Source of the DNA: Bacteroidetes bacterium GWE2_42_24
GTDB taxonomy: Bacteria; Bacteroidota; Bacteroidia; Bacteroidales; TTA-H9
Direction: 5' to 3'
DNA: 64,000 nt
NCBI GenBank assembly: GCA_001768515.1
Contig: MEOA01000010.1
Coordinates: 140,490-204,489, forward strand
Part shown: piece by piece, positions 49,715-58,159 of the stretch
Numbering within the stretch: position 1 is the first letter of the stretch
How the letters are laid out: every line of letters starts with the position of its first letter
Position numbers and translations under genes: made by a program
The notes under the pieces: model-generated
The model's input: only the letters and a program-made list of their open reading frames with translations
Database searches by the model: none
Told to the model about the DNA's origin: nothing

Positions 49715-49920
49715 CCAAAAACCCACATTATTCTACAACAAAAACTGAAATTGTCAAACTACTGACAAACAGTGGTTAAACATATCATCCGTTCGTTCTC
49801 GCTTCGAACTGGCTTCGAAGTGGTTTCGTAGTGGATTCGTGTTGCAACGAAACAACAACGAAACAACTATGAAGCAGCTTCAAATGAGATAAAACTTTAG
49901 GATAACTCATGCAAAAAAAA
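49715..49920. repeat. Copy B of the dispersed element with seven 11-nt-phased TTCG/CGAA units
   Basis: TTCG at 49792, 49803, 49814, 49825, 49836 and CGAA at 49848, 49859. Same orientation as copy A. The left-edge 19-mer cccacattattctacaaca is identical. Confidence 0.85.
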
Positions 49921-50427
49921 GAGAGAAACAGCTTTTCGACATGAAAAAGCAAAACCAGTCAAAGAATATTATACTTCTTGCCTGGAGCCATACAAGCCGG
50001 CTCCATCAGGCAAATACTGACAGCAGGATTGTTAATAACTGATTGATGGGAATTGGGAAATGGCTGCATGAAAAAGTGCAGCATTGGCCTGTTATTTATC
50101 TGTGATTCTCACGTAAAAACAGGCAGACTATCAAACAGAAAAAGGCGGAAAAAGAAAAGGTTTATCGGGTAAAAATGGCTAAGATTTGTTACCGTTATGC
50201 AACTAAATACCTTTTACTTTCAATTCCACTACCTATAAACACTATGAATCAAGACCTTACAGGGGATGAGAGCGCTTTCCTCATGGCACTCAACTGTGAA
50301 TTAATAACCAATACCCGGTAATAGGACAAACGCTAAACTACAGATAAAATAATCTCTGAAAATCAACACATTTCCAAGAGGGAGAAAACATAAAAATACA
50401 GTTACCGGCCAAATAACAGTAGTCGGG

Positions 50428-51216
50428 TCAGAAAGTTCCCCGGAAAACTGTTACTGCTTTTCCACCGATACCAACCCTTCTGTCAAGGTTTATGCAACTG
50501 ATATCTCCGCCCCTTGAGCTGAGCTGCCTCGCGGTCATTTCCCTTTTTCCAAGCCGCTTACTCCAATAAGGGATCAATGTACAATGGGCAGAACCGGTAA
50601 CAGGGTCTTCAAAAATTGTTGCCCCGGGTGTAAAGAACCGGGAAACAAAATCGACTTTATTACCGGGAGCCGTCGCGATAATTCCACCCTGTCCAAGATT
50701 TAGTTGACTAAGAAGCGTCTGATCAGGATGCAAATTTTGGATCATCCCCTCGTTGTCAAAAATAAGCATATAATCACGTGCCAGCAAAACTTCCCCAAAC
50801 ACATCACCTATTCCCGTTTCGATTTCAGGAGGGCATATTGCAGGTTGGCCTGGTCGTGAAGGAAAGTCAAGCCAAAGGAGGTCGCCACGTTGCTCAACAC
50901 TTAATTCACCACTTGCAGTTTGAAAAAGCAGTTTACCCGTACCATAATTCAACTCGTTGCAAAGTATATGCGCCGTGGCCAGCGTGGCATGGCCACAGAG
51001 ATCCATTTCCAGATCAGGGGTAAACCAGCGAAGATGAAACTTGTTGCCGGCATCAAGCGGCACAACGAAAGCGGTTTCAGGAAGAAAGAACTCCGATGCG
51101 AATTGCTGAAGCAAAGTATCGGGAAGCCATTCCTTCAGCACTACCACGGCAGCGGGATTCCCCCTGAAGGGCTCGCTGGTAAAAGCATCTACATGAAAAA
51201 ACTGTCGACAGGGCAT
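50428..51216 (-). CDS. PhzF-family isomerase-like protein
   Basis: The N-terminus FHVDAFTSEPFRGNPAAVV is the family hallmark. 262 aa. Confidence 0.8.
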   Translation of the reverse strand: MPCRQFFHVDAFTSEPFRGNPAAVVVLKEWLPDTLLQQFASEFFLPETAFVVPLDAGNKFHLRWFTPDLEMDLCGHATLATAHILCNELNYGTGKLLFQTASGELSVEQRGDLLWLDFPSRPGQPAICPPEIETGIGDVFGEVLLARDYMLIFDNEGMIQNLHPDQTLLSQLNLGQGGIIATAPGNKVDFVSRFFTPGATIFEDPVTGSAHCTLIPYWSKRLGKREMTARQLSSRGGDISCINLDRRVGIGGKAVTVFRGTF

Positions 51217-51261
51217 AACAGGGTATTTAGAACAAAGTTAAATTATCAACCGGGCAAAAGT

Positions 51262-51290
51262 AAAAAAAGCTCCCAAACATTGTTGGAAGC
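51262..51290 (-). terminator. Intrinsic terminator after ilvE
   Basis: gctcccaa (51269-51276) pairs with ttggaagc (51283-51290) with one mismatch. The A-run at 51262-51268 is a T-run on the minus strand. Confidence 0.55.
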
Positions 51291-51312
51291 TTTAATTTTT
51301 ATGTCATCAGAA

Positions 51313-52335
51313 TCATTCGATAATTTCAACCCATCCATAAGGATCGGGTTCTTCGCCGTATTGAATCCCCTGAAGTCGTTTGTATAGAGCAGTGCTAATG
51401 GGACCTGCCTGGCCATCTTTACAATAATGATATATGGTATGACTATCGCGGTCTTCAATGGCACAGATGGGCGAAATGACGGCGGCCGTTCCGCAGGCAC
51501 CCACTTCATCGAAAGTACCAAGCTCTTCAACAGGGATGGGACGTTGTTCTATATTCAATCCCATGTCGCCGGCTAGTTGCCGCAGGCTCATATTGGTAAT
51601 GGAGGGAAGAATTGAGGATGATTTGGGCGTAACATAGGTGTTATCCTTGATTCCAAAGAAGTTGGCCGGGCCAGCCTCATCGATGTATTTCTTTTCGCGG
51701 GCATCGAGAAACAGAACTGCTGAATAGCCTTCGGCATGTGCACGTTCACCGGCACGCAGACTGGCAGCATAGTTACCGCCAACCTTAAGTGTTCCGGTAC
51801 CAAGTGGTGCGGCACGGTCAAAGTCGCGTGCAATCTGAATTTTAACTGGTTTGAAGCCTTCCTTGAAGTAGGGTCCAACGGGTCCGGCAAACACCATGAA
51901 CATGAATTCATTGGCTGGTTTAACACCAACCTGAGGCCCGGAACCTATCAACAAAGGGCGAAGATAAAGTGAGGCGCCGGTTCCGTATGGTGGGACAAAC
52001 CGCTCATTTAGTTTAACAACCTGCCAGATTGCCTCTTTGAATAAATCATCGGGAACCTCAGCCATCATAACACCACGGGCGGATGCCTGCATTCGTTTAG
52101 CGTTTTCCTGCCAGCGGAATATCCGGATTTTTCCGTCGCGCCCCCTGAAAGCCTTCATGCCTTCAAATGCTTCCTGGCCATAATGCAGTGCAGTGGCTGC
52201 TATATGAATATTAATATATTCTGATGAGCTGACTTCCAGCTTTCCCCATTCGCCATTTCTGAAGTAGCAGCGGACGTTATAATCGGTTTTAAAATAACCG
52301 AAGGGCAACTTACCCCATTCTACATTATTATCCAT
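51313..52335 (-). CDS. ilvE: Branched-chain amino acid aminotransferase (fold type IV)
   Basis: 340 aa with EGMKAFRGRDGKIRIFR, YLRPLLIG, GGNYAASL and GACGTAAVISP. Confidence 0.85.
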   Translation of the reverse strand: MDNNVEWGKLPFGYFKTDYNVRCYFRNGEWGKLEVSSSEYINIHIAATALHYGQEAFEGMKAFRGRDGKIRIFRWQENAKRMQASARGVMMAEVPDDLFKEAIWQVVKLNERFVPPYGTGASLYLRPLLIGSGPQVGVKPANEFMFMVFAGPVGPYFKEGFKPVKIQIARDFDRAAPLGTGTLKVGGNYAASLRAGERAHAEGYSAVLFLDAREKKYIDEAGPANFFGIKDNTYVTPKSSSILPSITNMSLRQLAGDMGLNIEQRPIPVEELGTFDEVGACGTAAVISPICAIEDRDSHTIYHYCKDGQAGPISTALYKRLQGIQYGEEPDPYGWVEIIE

Positions 52336-52519
52336 TCATATATCTTTTTGGTGATTTATAAAACAAGAATAAACCACCGCTAAGGTAGAAATAATCTTTC
52401 TAATGACCGGTAACGACCGAGAAAAACCCTTTCAGGAAGTTGCTGCCGGGTTCTACCATGTTCCCGCCTTATAAGGTCATCTCTGGCGGAATCAATGGCA
52501 GCGGTTAGAATTTGTTTCT

Positions 52520-52527
52520 TACTTTTG
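52520..52527 (+). promoter_or_regulatory. -7 box TActTTTG for the thioesterase gene
   Basis: Exact match 22 nt upstream of ATG 52549. Confidence 0.45.
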
Positions 52528-52548
52528 ATTCCCGAAACCTATTGATCA

Positions 52549-53295
52549 ATGAATGAATTAAAACGTATCTGGACTGATAGTTACCGGGTCAACTGGAGCG
52601 ATTCGGACGCCGGTGGTCGTCTTAGTCTTCCGGGGCTTTTCGGCACAATGCAGGAAACCGCCTGGCACCATGCCAACCACATCGGATTTGGCTTTGAGAG
52701 TTTTACAGAAAACAAACAAGTATGGGTACTGGTTCGCCTGCTCGTTAAAATGAGCTATTTCCCACGATGGGAAGAACCCTTCCTGATCGACACGTGGCCC
52801 CGCGGTTCAGAAGGACTGACAGCTTACCGTGAATTTAGAATCCACAAACCAGACGGAACGACCATAGGATTAGCCACCTCTTCATGGATGATACTTGATG
52901 CTGAAACCCGCAGACCAAGAAAAGATGAACGGCTAAAAGAATTTAATACATGGGTCAATCTGGAGCAAACACTTGGCGGTGAAGCACCACGTATTTTCAT
53001 GCCCGAACACACAGAATCGTTTGGTTTTCATAAAGTAAGAGCCAGCGATGTTGATCAGCACGGACATGTCAACAATGCCAATTATGTTCGCATAGCCATG
53101 GATGCCTTCCCTGTACAACAATTCCGGGATGCAGAACCATCGGAATTTTGCATCAATTATCTGGCTGAAGCCTTCGAAGGAGATGAGATTGAACTATTAT
53201 GCAGCTCCGCTGAGGGATTCCCTGTCATAAAAATCGGTGGACGTCGCCTTGCTGATCAAAAACTTATCTTTACCAGCGAAATTGTTTGGCGTTGA
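52549..53295 (+). CDS. Acyl-ACP thioesterase family protein
   Basis: 248 aa with two hotdog halves. N-terminus IWTDSYRVNWSDSDAGGRLSLPGLFGTMQETAWHHA is typical of the family. Confidence 0.7.
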   Translation: MNELKRIWTDSYRVNWSDSDAGGRLSLPGLFGTMQETAWHHANHIGFGFESFTENKQVWVLVRLLVKMSYFPRWEEPFLIDTWPRGSEGLTAYREFRIHKPDGTTIGLATSSWMILDAETRRPRKDERLKEFNTWVNLEQTLGGEAPRIFMPEHTESFGFHKVRASDVDQHGHVNNANYVRIAMDAFPVQQFRDAEPSEFCINYLAEAFEGDEIELLCSSAEGFPVIKIGGRRLADQKLIFTSEIVWR

Positions 53296-53365
53296 GAAGA
53301 TTTGAACGACATCACTGATTTAAGTCGATTTACGGCATATCCAAAATAAAAAGCAGGCTAACCTC

Positions 53366-54154
53366 ATGAGAAACCAAATTGCCATTTCCATTGTATCAGT
53401 ACTATTGCTGATCATTGCCTGTTCGAAAAAGACCAACAGGCCACTAACAATCGCAGTTTCCAAGACGAGCGATAACTACCGGACCTGGTTATTGGCTGAA
53501 GATTCAACACTGGTTATCATAAACCTGTACGACCTGCCGGTCGATTCCGCCTGCGAGGTACTGAAGATATGCGACGGACTCTTGTTAACAGGGGGTGATG
53601 ATATCTTTCCGGGTACTTATAAGCAAGTTGATGATACAGTTTTATGTGAAGGATCGGACCGTTTCCGCGACTCACTTGAACTGGCATTAATCATGGTAGC
53701 CCGTAAGCTGGAGATGCCCATTTTTGGCATTTGCCGTGGATTGCAGATGCTCAATATTCAGGCAGGCGGAACGCTTATCCCTGATATTCCCGCAAGGAGT
53801 TCGGGCTACATACCACATCGCTGCATCGATTGGAAAAACTGTTATCATGACATCATGGTCGATACATCCAGCCTGCTGTTTATTTCCACAGGAATAAAAA
53901 CCGGAACCGTGAATACAAACCATCATCAGGCCATCGACCGATTGGGAAAAGGGTTGTGCATCACCGCTTATAGTCAGGACAGCATACCTGAAGCCATAGA
54001 AGCAACTCCCGAAAGTTACCATGGTTTCCTCATGGCAGTCCAATGGCACCCGGAACGGTTGCTGGCATACCGCCAAATGAGCAGCCCCTTATCAAATCGT
54101 TTTATTGGTGCAGCCATACTCAACAAAAACAGACCAGATAGAACTGAACATTAA
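53366..54154 (+). CDS. Class I glutamine amidotransferase-like / peptidase C26 (gamma-glutamyl-GABA hydrolase family) with lipoprotein-type signal
   Basis: N-terminus MRNQIAISIVSVLLLIIACSKK. Nucleophile context FGICRGLQMLN and QWHPE near the C-terminus. Confidence 0.7.
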   Translation: MRNQIAISIVSVLLLIIACSKKTNRPLTIAVSKTSDNYRTWLLAEDSTLVIINLYDLPVDSACEVLKICDGLLLTGGDDIFPGTYKQVDDTVLCEGSDRFRDSLELALIMVARKLEMPIFGICRGLQMLNIQAGGTLIPDIPARSSGYIPHRCIDWKNCYHDIMVDTSSLLFISTGIKTGTVNTNHHQAIDRLGKGLCITAYSQDSIPEAIEATPESYHGFLMAVQWHPERLLAYRQMSSPLSNRFIGAAILNKNRPDRTEH

Positions 54155-54280
54155 ATACTTAAAACTTATCCTTAAGTCAGAAAAAAGATCAAAGAACAGT
54201 TGCAAAAAGGCACTTTCTGTGTTATCTTTGTTACAGGTTTTGGTTAACACAACTACGTAAGGGTTAGTGAACAGAAGGGT

Positions 54281-54314
54281 CGCTGTTTGGGTTACAGCGG
54301 CTCTTCTTTTTTTT
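54281..54314 (+). terminator. Plus-strand hairpin plus T-run, 127 nt after the C26-family gene
   Basis: cgctgt (54281-54286) pairs with acagcg (54294-54299), followed by ctcttctttttttt. Confidence 0.5.
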
Positions 54315-54380
54315 AAAGCCCGGTTAAACAATAAATCAAACAGCAGGGCAGTCAAAACAAAATTTATTAAAGGGAACGAA

Positions 54381-54408
54381 AAGGCCGCCAGGAAATCCCG
54401 GCGGCCTT
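54381..54408 (-). terminator. Hairpin just downstream of rocD
   Basis: aaggccgcc (54381-54389) pairs with ggcggcctt (54400-54408). The U-tract on the minus strand is weak. Confidence 0.5.
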
Positions 54409-54429
54409 CTATTGAAATAATAAATTAAA

Positions 54430-55653
54430 CTATTCGAAAGTAAGAATGGACTTCTTAATCCTTTCTATAGCGTCGCGCAGTTGAACCTCGGTGATGACCA
54501 ACGGAGGAGCAAACCGGATGATGTGCTGGTGGGTTGGTTTTGCCAAAACACCATTTTCAGCCATTTTCAGACAAACATCCCAGGCTTGCTTGCCATTCTT
54601 CGGGCGAATGATAACAGCATTGAGCAGCCCTTTACCACGAACGAGTTCTACCATTTCGGATTTGAAGGCCCTCATCTCATCGCGGAATATCTTTCCGAGA
54701 TATTCTGCACGCTCAGCCAGTTTCTCATCTTTAACTACTGTCAGCGCGGCAATAGCAACACTACAGGCGATTGGGTTTCCACCAAAAGTAGAACCATGTT
54801 CCCCCGGCTTAATGGTCAGCATGATCTCATTATCAGCCAACACAGCCGAAACGGGGAATACACCACCACTCAGAGCCTTTCCCAGAATGAGGATGTCGGG
54901 ACGAACACCTTCATGGTCGCAGGCAAGGAGTTTTCCTGTACGGGCAATACCGGTCTGGACTTCATCGGCAATAAACAACACGTTATTTGCCTTACAGAGA
55001 TCATAAGCTTTTTTAAGGTAACCTTCATCAGGAACAAATACGCCAGCCTCGCCCTGAATAGGTTCAACGATGAATCCGGCAACATTGGGATCTTTCAGCG
55101 CTTCAGCCAGTGCATTTATGTCGTTGTAAGGGATCTTATCAAAACCAGGAGTAAAAGGTCCAAATCCGGCATAGCTGTCGGGGTCGTTCGACATCGAGAT
55201 GATGGTGATGGTACGGCCATGGAAATTGCCTTCGCAGCAAATGATCCTGGCCTTATCTTCAGGGATACCCTTCTTATCATAAGCCCAACGACGACAAAGC
55301 TTAAGCGCGGTTTCATCGGCTTCGGCTCCGCTATTCATGGGAAGAACTTTCTCGTAGCCGAAATACTCGGTCACAAATTTTTCATAAGGGCCTAATTGGT
55401 CATTGTAGAACGCCCTTGAGGTCAGGGTAATCCTACGGGCCTGTTCAACCATGGCATCGACTATTGCCGGATGACAATGGCCCTGGTTTACAGCACTATA
55501 AGCTGAAAGGAAATCATAATATTCTTTTCCTTCAACATCCCATACCAGTGGACCTTCACCCTTGCTCAAAACAACTGGTAGAGGATGGTAATTATGAGCA
55601 CCATAATGGTGTTCAAGCTCCATAATTTGCGGAGAACTAAGTTTTACTGACAT
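54430..55653 (-). CDS. rocD: Ornithine aminotransferase (class III PLP aminotransferase)
   Basis: 407 aa with [17 protein letters not shown] and ILGKALSGG (PLP-Lys context). Confidence 0.8.
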   Translation of the reverse strand: MSVKLSSPQIMELEHHYGAHNYHPLPVVLSKGEGPLVWDVEGKEYYDFLSAYSAVNQGHCHPAIVDAMVEQARRITLTSRAFYNDQLGPYEKFVTEYFGYEKVLPMNSGAEADETALKLCRRWAYDKKGIPEDKARIICCEGNFHGRTITIISMSNDPDSYAGFGPFTPGFDKIPYNDINALAEALKDPNVAGFIVEPIQGEAGVFVPDEGYLKKAYDLCKANNVLFIADEVQTGIARTGKLLACDHEGVRPDILILGKALSGGVFPVSAVLADNEIMLTIKPGEHGSTFGGNPIACSVAIAALTVVKDEKLAERAEYLGKIFRDEMRAFKSEMVELVRGKGLLNAVIIRPKNGKQAWDVCLKMAENGVLAKPTHQHIIRFAPPLVITEVQLRDAIERIKKSILTFE

Positions 55654-55705
55654 AGAAATTAATTTTTGGTGTGTATGCTGATTTACTGCCTATTATAAAT
55701 TGCAG

Positions 55706-55713
55706 CAAAGATA
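55706..55713 (-). promoter_or_regulatory. -7 box TAtcTTTG for rocD
   Basis: The plus strand reads caaagata, 53 nt upstream of ATG 55653. Confidence 0.5.
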
Positions 55714-56055
55714 AGCATTTAAACCATCAAACAAAACCCCGCAAGCGTTAACTCCGGACACCGAAACAATGCTTCCTGTGTCAGTACCATCCAACTATAT
55801 GGTGGAAATCTGTATTTTTGCAACGGAAAAGGCGCATCAGACAGATCCGGCTACATTAGTCAGAGGCGTTTATAGAAGCCATAAAACCGGCTCGATATTG
55901 AAAGATACTGCTTGTTCCTTTTCGTCGCATGTAAAACTGTCTGTCTGATGGAAAAAGAGTCCGGGTGGTAGCTTTTAACTTTTTTTTATGAACAGTGCAC
56001 CCGGATAATTTATCCTAAAAGCATTCAATAATCATTTATCGTTTTGATAACTTCT

Positions 56056-56508
56056 ATGGCTGCTGATAATGAGATCATCGTACAAAGTGTTTTGGCACTC
56101 GATGAAGTGGCTTCGCGAATTTTGAACACCTACCCCGATAGTCGTGTCTTTGCTTTTCACGGATCAATGGGTGCAGGAAAAACCACACTGATTAAAAGCT
56201 TATGTAAACAGTTAGGAGTAGATGCCACCGTGAGCAGTCCGACTTTTACAATCATCAACGAGTATGTTGCGGAGGATGGAATCTATATATATCACTTTGA
56301 CTTTTACCGGCTGAAGAGCGCCCGTGAAGCCTTCGACACAGGAGCCGCCGATTATCTGTCAGGGGGAGGGTATTGCTTCATTGAATGGCCCGAGGTTGCA
56401 CCAGAGATCCTTCCTGACGGCACGATCCACATTTCAATCCTTCCGGGTTCCGGAGAAAGCGAACGGCTCATCCTTATCGGACACAGTATTGCCGCCTCTG
56501 CCGATTGA
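56056..56508 (+). CDS. tsaE: tRNA t6A37 biosynthesis ATPase TsaE
   Basis: P-loop GSMGAGKTTLIK, SPTFTIINEY and YHFDFYRL motifs. First ATG is 56056 (the ORF-track start 56044 is a TTG). Confidence 0.85.
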   Translation: MAADNEIIVQSVLALDEVASRILNTYPDSRVFAFHGSMGAGKTTLIKSLCKQLGVDATVSSPTFTIINEYVAEDGIYIYHFDFYRLKSAREAFDTGAADYLSGGGYCFIEWPEVAPEILPDGTIHISILPGSGESERLILIGHSIAASAD

Positions 56509-56581
56509 TTCCATTCAGCAGCGTCTGATTTTATTCGTCATGAATCTAAAAGATCATTTGTTCTTAATACGTAAACTTTAG

Positions 56582-56589
56582 TAAATTTG
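56582..56589 (+). promoter_or_regulatory. -7 box TAaaTTTG for the alanine-dehydrogenase-family gene
   Basis: Exact match 68 nt upstream of ATG 56657. Confidence 0.4.
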
Positions 56590-56656
56590 TGACGGAGGAA
56601 AACAGGACTTCTTATGCAATGCTGTTAAACTGTAAACTTAAAGGGAAAAAACCGTG

Positions 56657-57880
56657 ATGGATTCGCTGCAAAAACCCGGAAACAGGCCAGGGGTGGCTGA
56701 AATCTTCCTTCCCAAAGAAGAATTGCTGGAAACAAACCGTCCACCAATAAAACATTCCATTGGCTTACCAGCGGAAGCCAGTCCAACCGAAAAGCGCATA
56801 GTGATTGTTCCATCAGCAGTAAGTCTGCTTACAGAGAACGGACATACGGTATACATGCAGCAGGGAGCAGGATCAAGAGCCAATTTCTCTGACGAAGAGT
56901 ACGCCAATGCCGGTGCGCGTATCATGCCAACAGCCGAAGAGGTATATCAGGCAGATATTATCCTGAAGATAGCGTCGCCGGTTGATAAGGAAATGGAATA
57001 CCTTCATCCACGGCAGATCCTTTTCTCCTCGGTACAACCGTTTACACATTGCAAAGATTACTTCCGTAAGCTGATCAGTCGTAAGATCACCGCCGTGGCC
57101 TTTGAACACCTGAAAGATGATTCAGGGGCTTTTCCTGTACTCAGAGCTATGAGCGAGATTGCCGGCACCACAGGTATTCTGGTGGCAGCAGGGTACCTGA
57201 GCCATCCCGAATACGGAAGAGGAACCATGCTGGGCGGTTTCCCGGGAATTAATCCATCCGAAGTTGTCATCCTTGGAGCCGGAACTGTTGGTGAATATGC
57301 AGCGCGTACAGCCATTGGAATGGGCGCGCTGGTAAAAGTATTCGACAACAATATCTATAAACTCAGATCCATTCAACACGATCTGAACTCCCGGATATTC
57401 ACCTCCATCCTCCAGCCTCAGGTATTATTGAAATCGCTGAAGACAGCCGATGTACTCATCGGTGCCATCCATACAAAGAACGGCCGCACGCCGATTGTTG
57501 TCACCGAAGAAATGGTCAGCCAAATGAAAAAGGGATCTGTCATAATAGATATCAGTATCGATCAGGGAGGTTGTGTTGAAACGTCCAGCCCTACCCATCA
57601 TGCAAATCCCGTATTCGTAAAACACGGCATCACCCATTACTGTGTACCTAACATCGCTTCCCGTGTCCCGCATACAGCCAGCTATGCACTAAGCAACCTG
57701 TTCACACCCGTTCTTTTGCGTATCGGCGAAGAGGGAGGTTTCGACAGCATGTTGCGTGTAGATTCAGGAACCAGGGCAGGCGTATACATCTACAATGGAA
57801 TCTTTACAAACAGATTCCTCGCCGACATATACCAACTCCCTTCACAGGATCTCGATTTACTACTGGCAGCCTTTCACTAA
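56657..57880 (+). CDS. Alanine dehydrogenase / PNT-family NAD(P) oxidoreductase
   Basis: AlaDH/PNT-like N-domain (EKRIVIVPSAVSLLTENGHTVYMQQGAG) and Rossmann motif VVILGAGTVGEYAA. It has a ~35-aa N-terminal extension relative to classical Ald. Confidence 0.65.
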   Translation: MDSLQKPGNRPGVAEIFLPKEELLETNRPPIKHSIGLPAEASPTEKRIVIVPSAVSLLTENGHTVYMQQGAGSRANFSDEEYANAGARIMPTAEEVYQADIILKIASPVDKEMEYLHPRQILFSSVQPFTHCKDYFRKLISRKITAVAFEHLKDDSGAFPVLRAMSEIAGTTGILVAAGYLSHPEYGRGTMLGGFPGINPSEVVILGAGTVGEYAARTAIGMGALVKVFDNNIYKLRSIQHDLNSRIFTSILQPQVLLKSLKTADVLIGAIHTKNGRTPIVVTEEMVSQMKKGSVIIDISIDQGGCVETSSPTHHANPVFVKHGITHYCVPNIASRVPHTASYALSNLFTPVLLRIGEEGGFDSMLRVDSGTRAGVYIYNGIFTNRFLADIYQLPSQDLDLLLAAFH

Positions 57881-57910
57881 TCCGATTCAAATAGTTCTTG
57901 AATAAATTCT

Positions 57911-57941
57911 CAATCCGATTACTTCGGATTGTATCTTTTTT
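57911..57941 (+). terminator. Intrinsic terminator after the AlaDH-family gene
   Basis: caatccg (57911-57917) pairs with cggattg (57925-57931), followed by tatctttttt. Confidence 0.7.
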
Positions 57942-58082
57942 GTCAATTTCAAGAAAAAACGTCGTACCATAGGCAAGGAATTAGTCACTTACTCACCGCA
58001 ATATACTGTATGTCAATTAATATCTTTTCAAAATTTATCACAGAAAAAACTTACAAAACGCAGGAAGTAAAAGAATTATACC

Positions 58083-58090
58083 TACTTTTG
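58083..58090 (+). promoter_or_regulatory. -7 box TActTTTG for the decarboxylase gene
   Basis: Exact match 70 nt upstream of ATG 58160. Confidence 0.45.
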
Positions 58091-58159
58091 CCACCCATTT
58101 AAAATGTAAAGTATCTGGACAAGTAAAAAAATGTTAATCTGATTTAGCTAAATCGTTTG

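Noticed and set aside
3566-49920. Two same-orientation repeat copies as the boundaries of a 46-kb mobile island
   Set aside because: The interval is packed with core metabolism and envelope genes (nifJ, sucAB, korAB, mutS2, sdaA, the LptD-like gene). It has no integrase, conjugation or phage genes. The ~80%-identical ~150-nt copies do not resemble att sites.
54481-55395. 304-aa plus-strand ORF (plus a 171-aa one) antisense to rocD
   Set aside because: It lies entirely inside the well-supported aminotransferase gene. It has a low-complexity, family-less sequence, which is the typical antisense open frame of a codon-biased gene.
55769-55948. 59-aa plus-strand ORF in the rocD-tsaE spacer
   Set aside because: The only good promoter box (55813-55820) lies inside it, the sequence resembles no family, and its stop coincides with the inverted-repeat arm. 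It is more likely non-coding.
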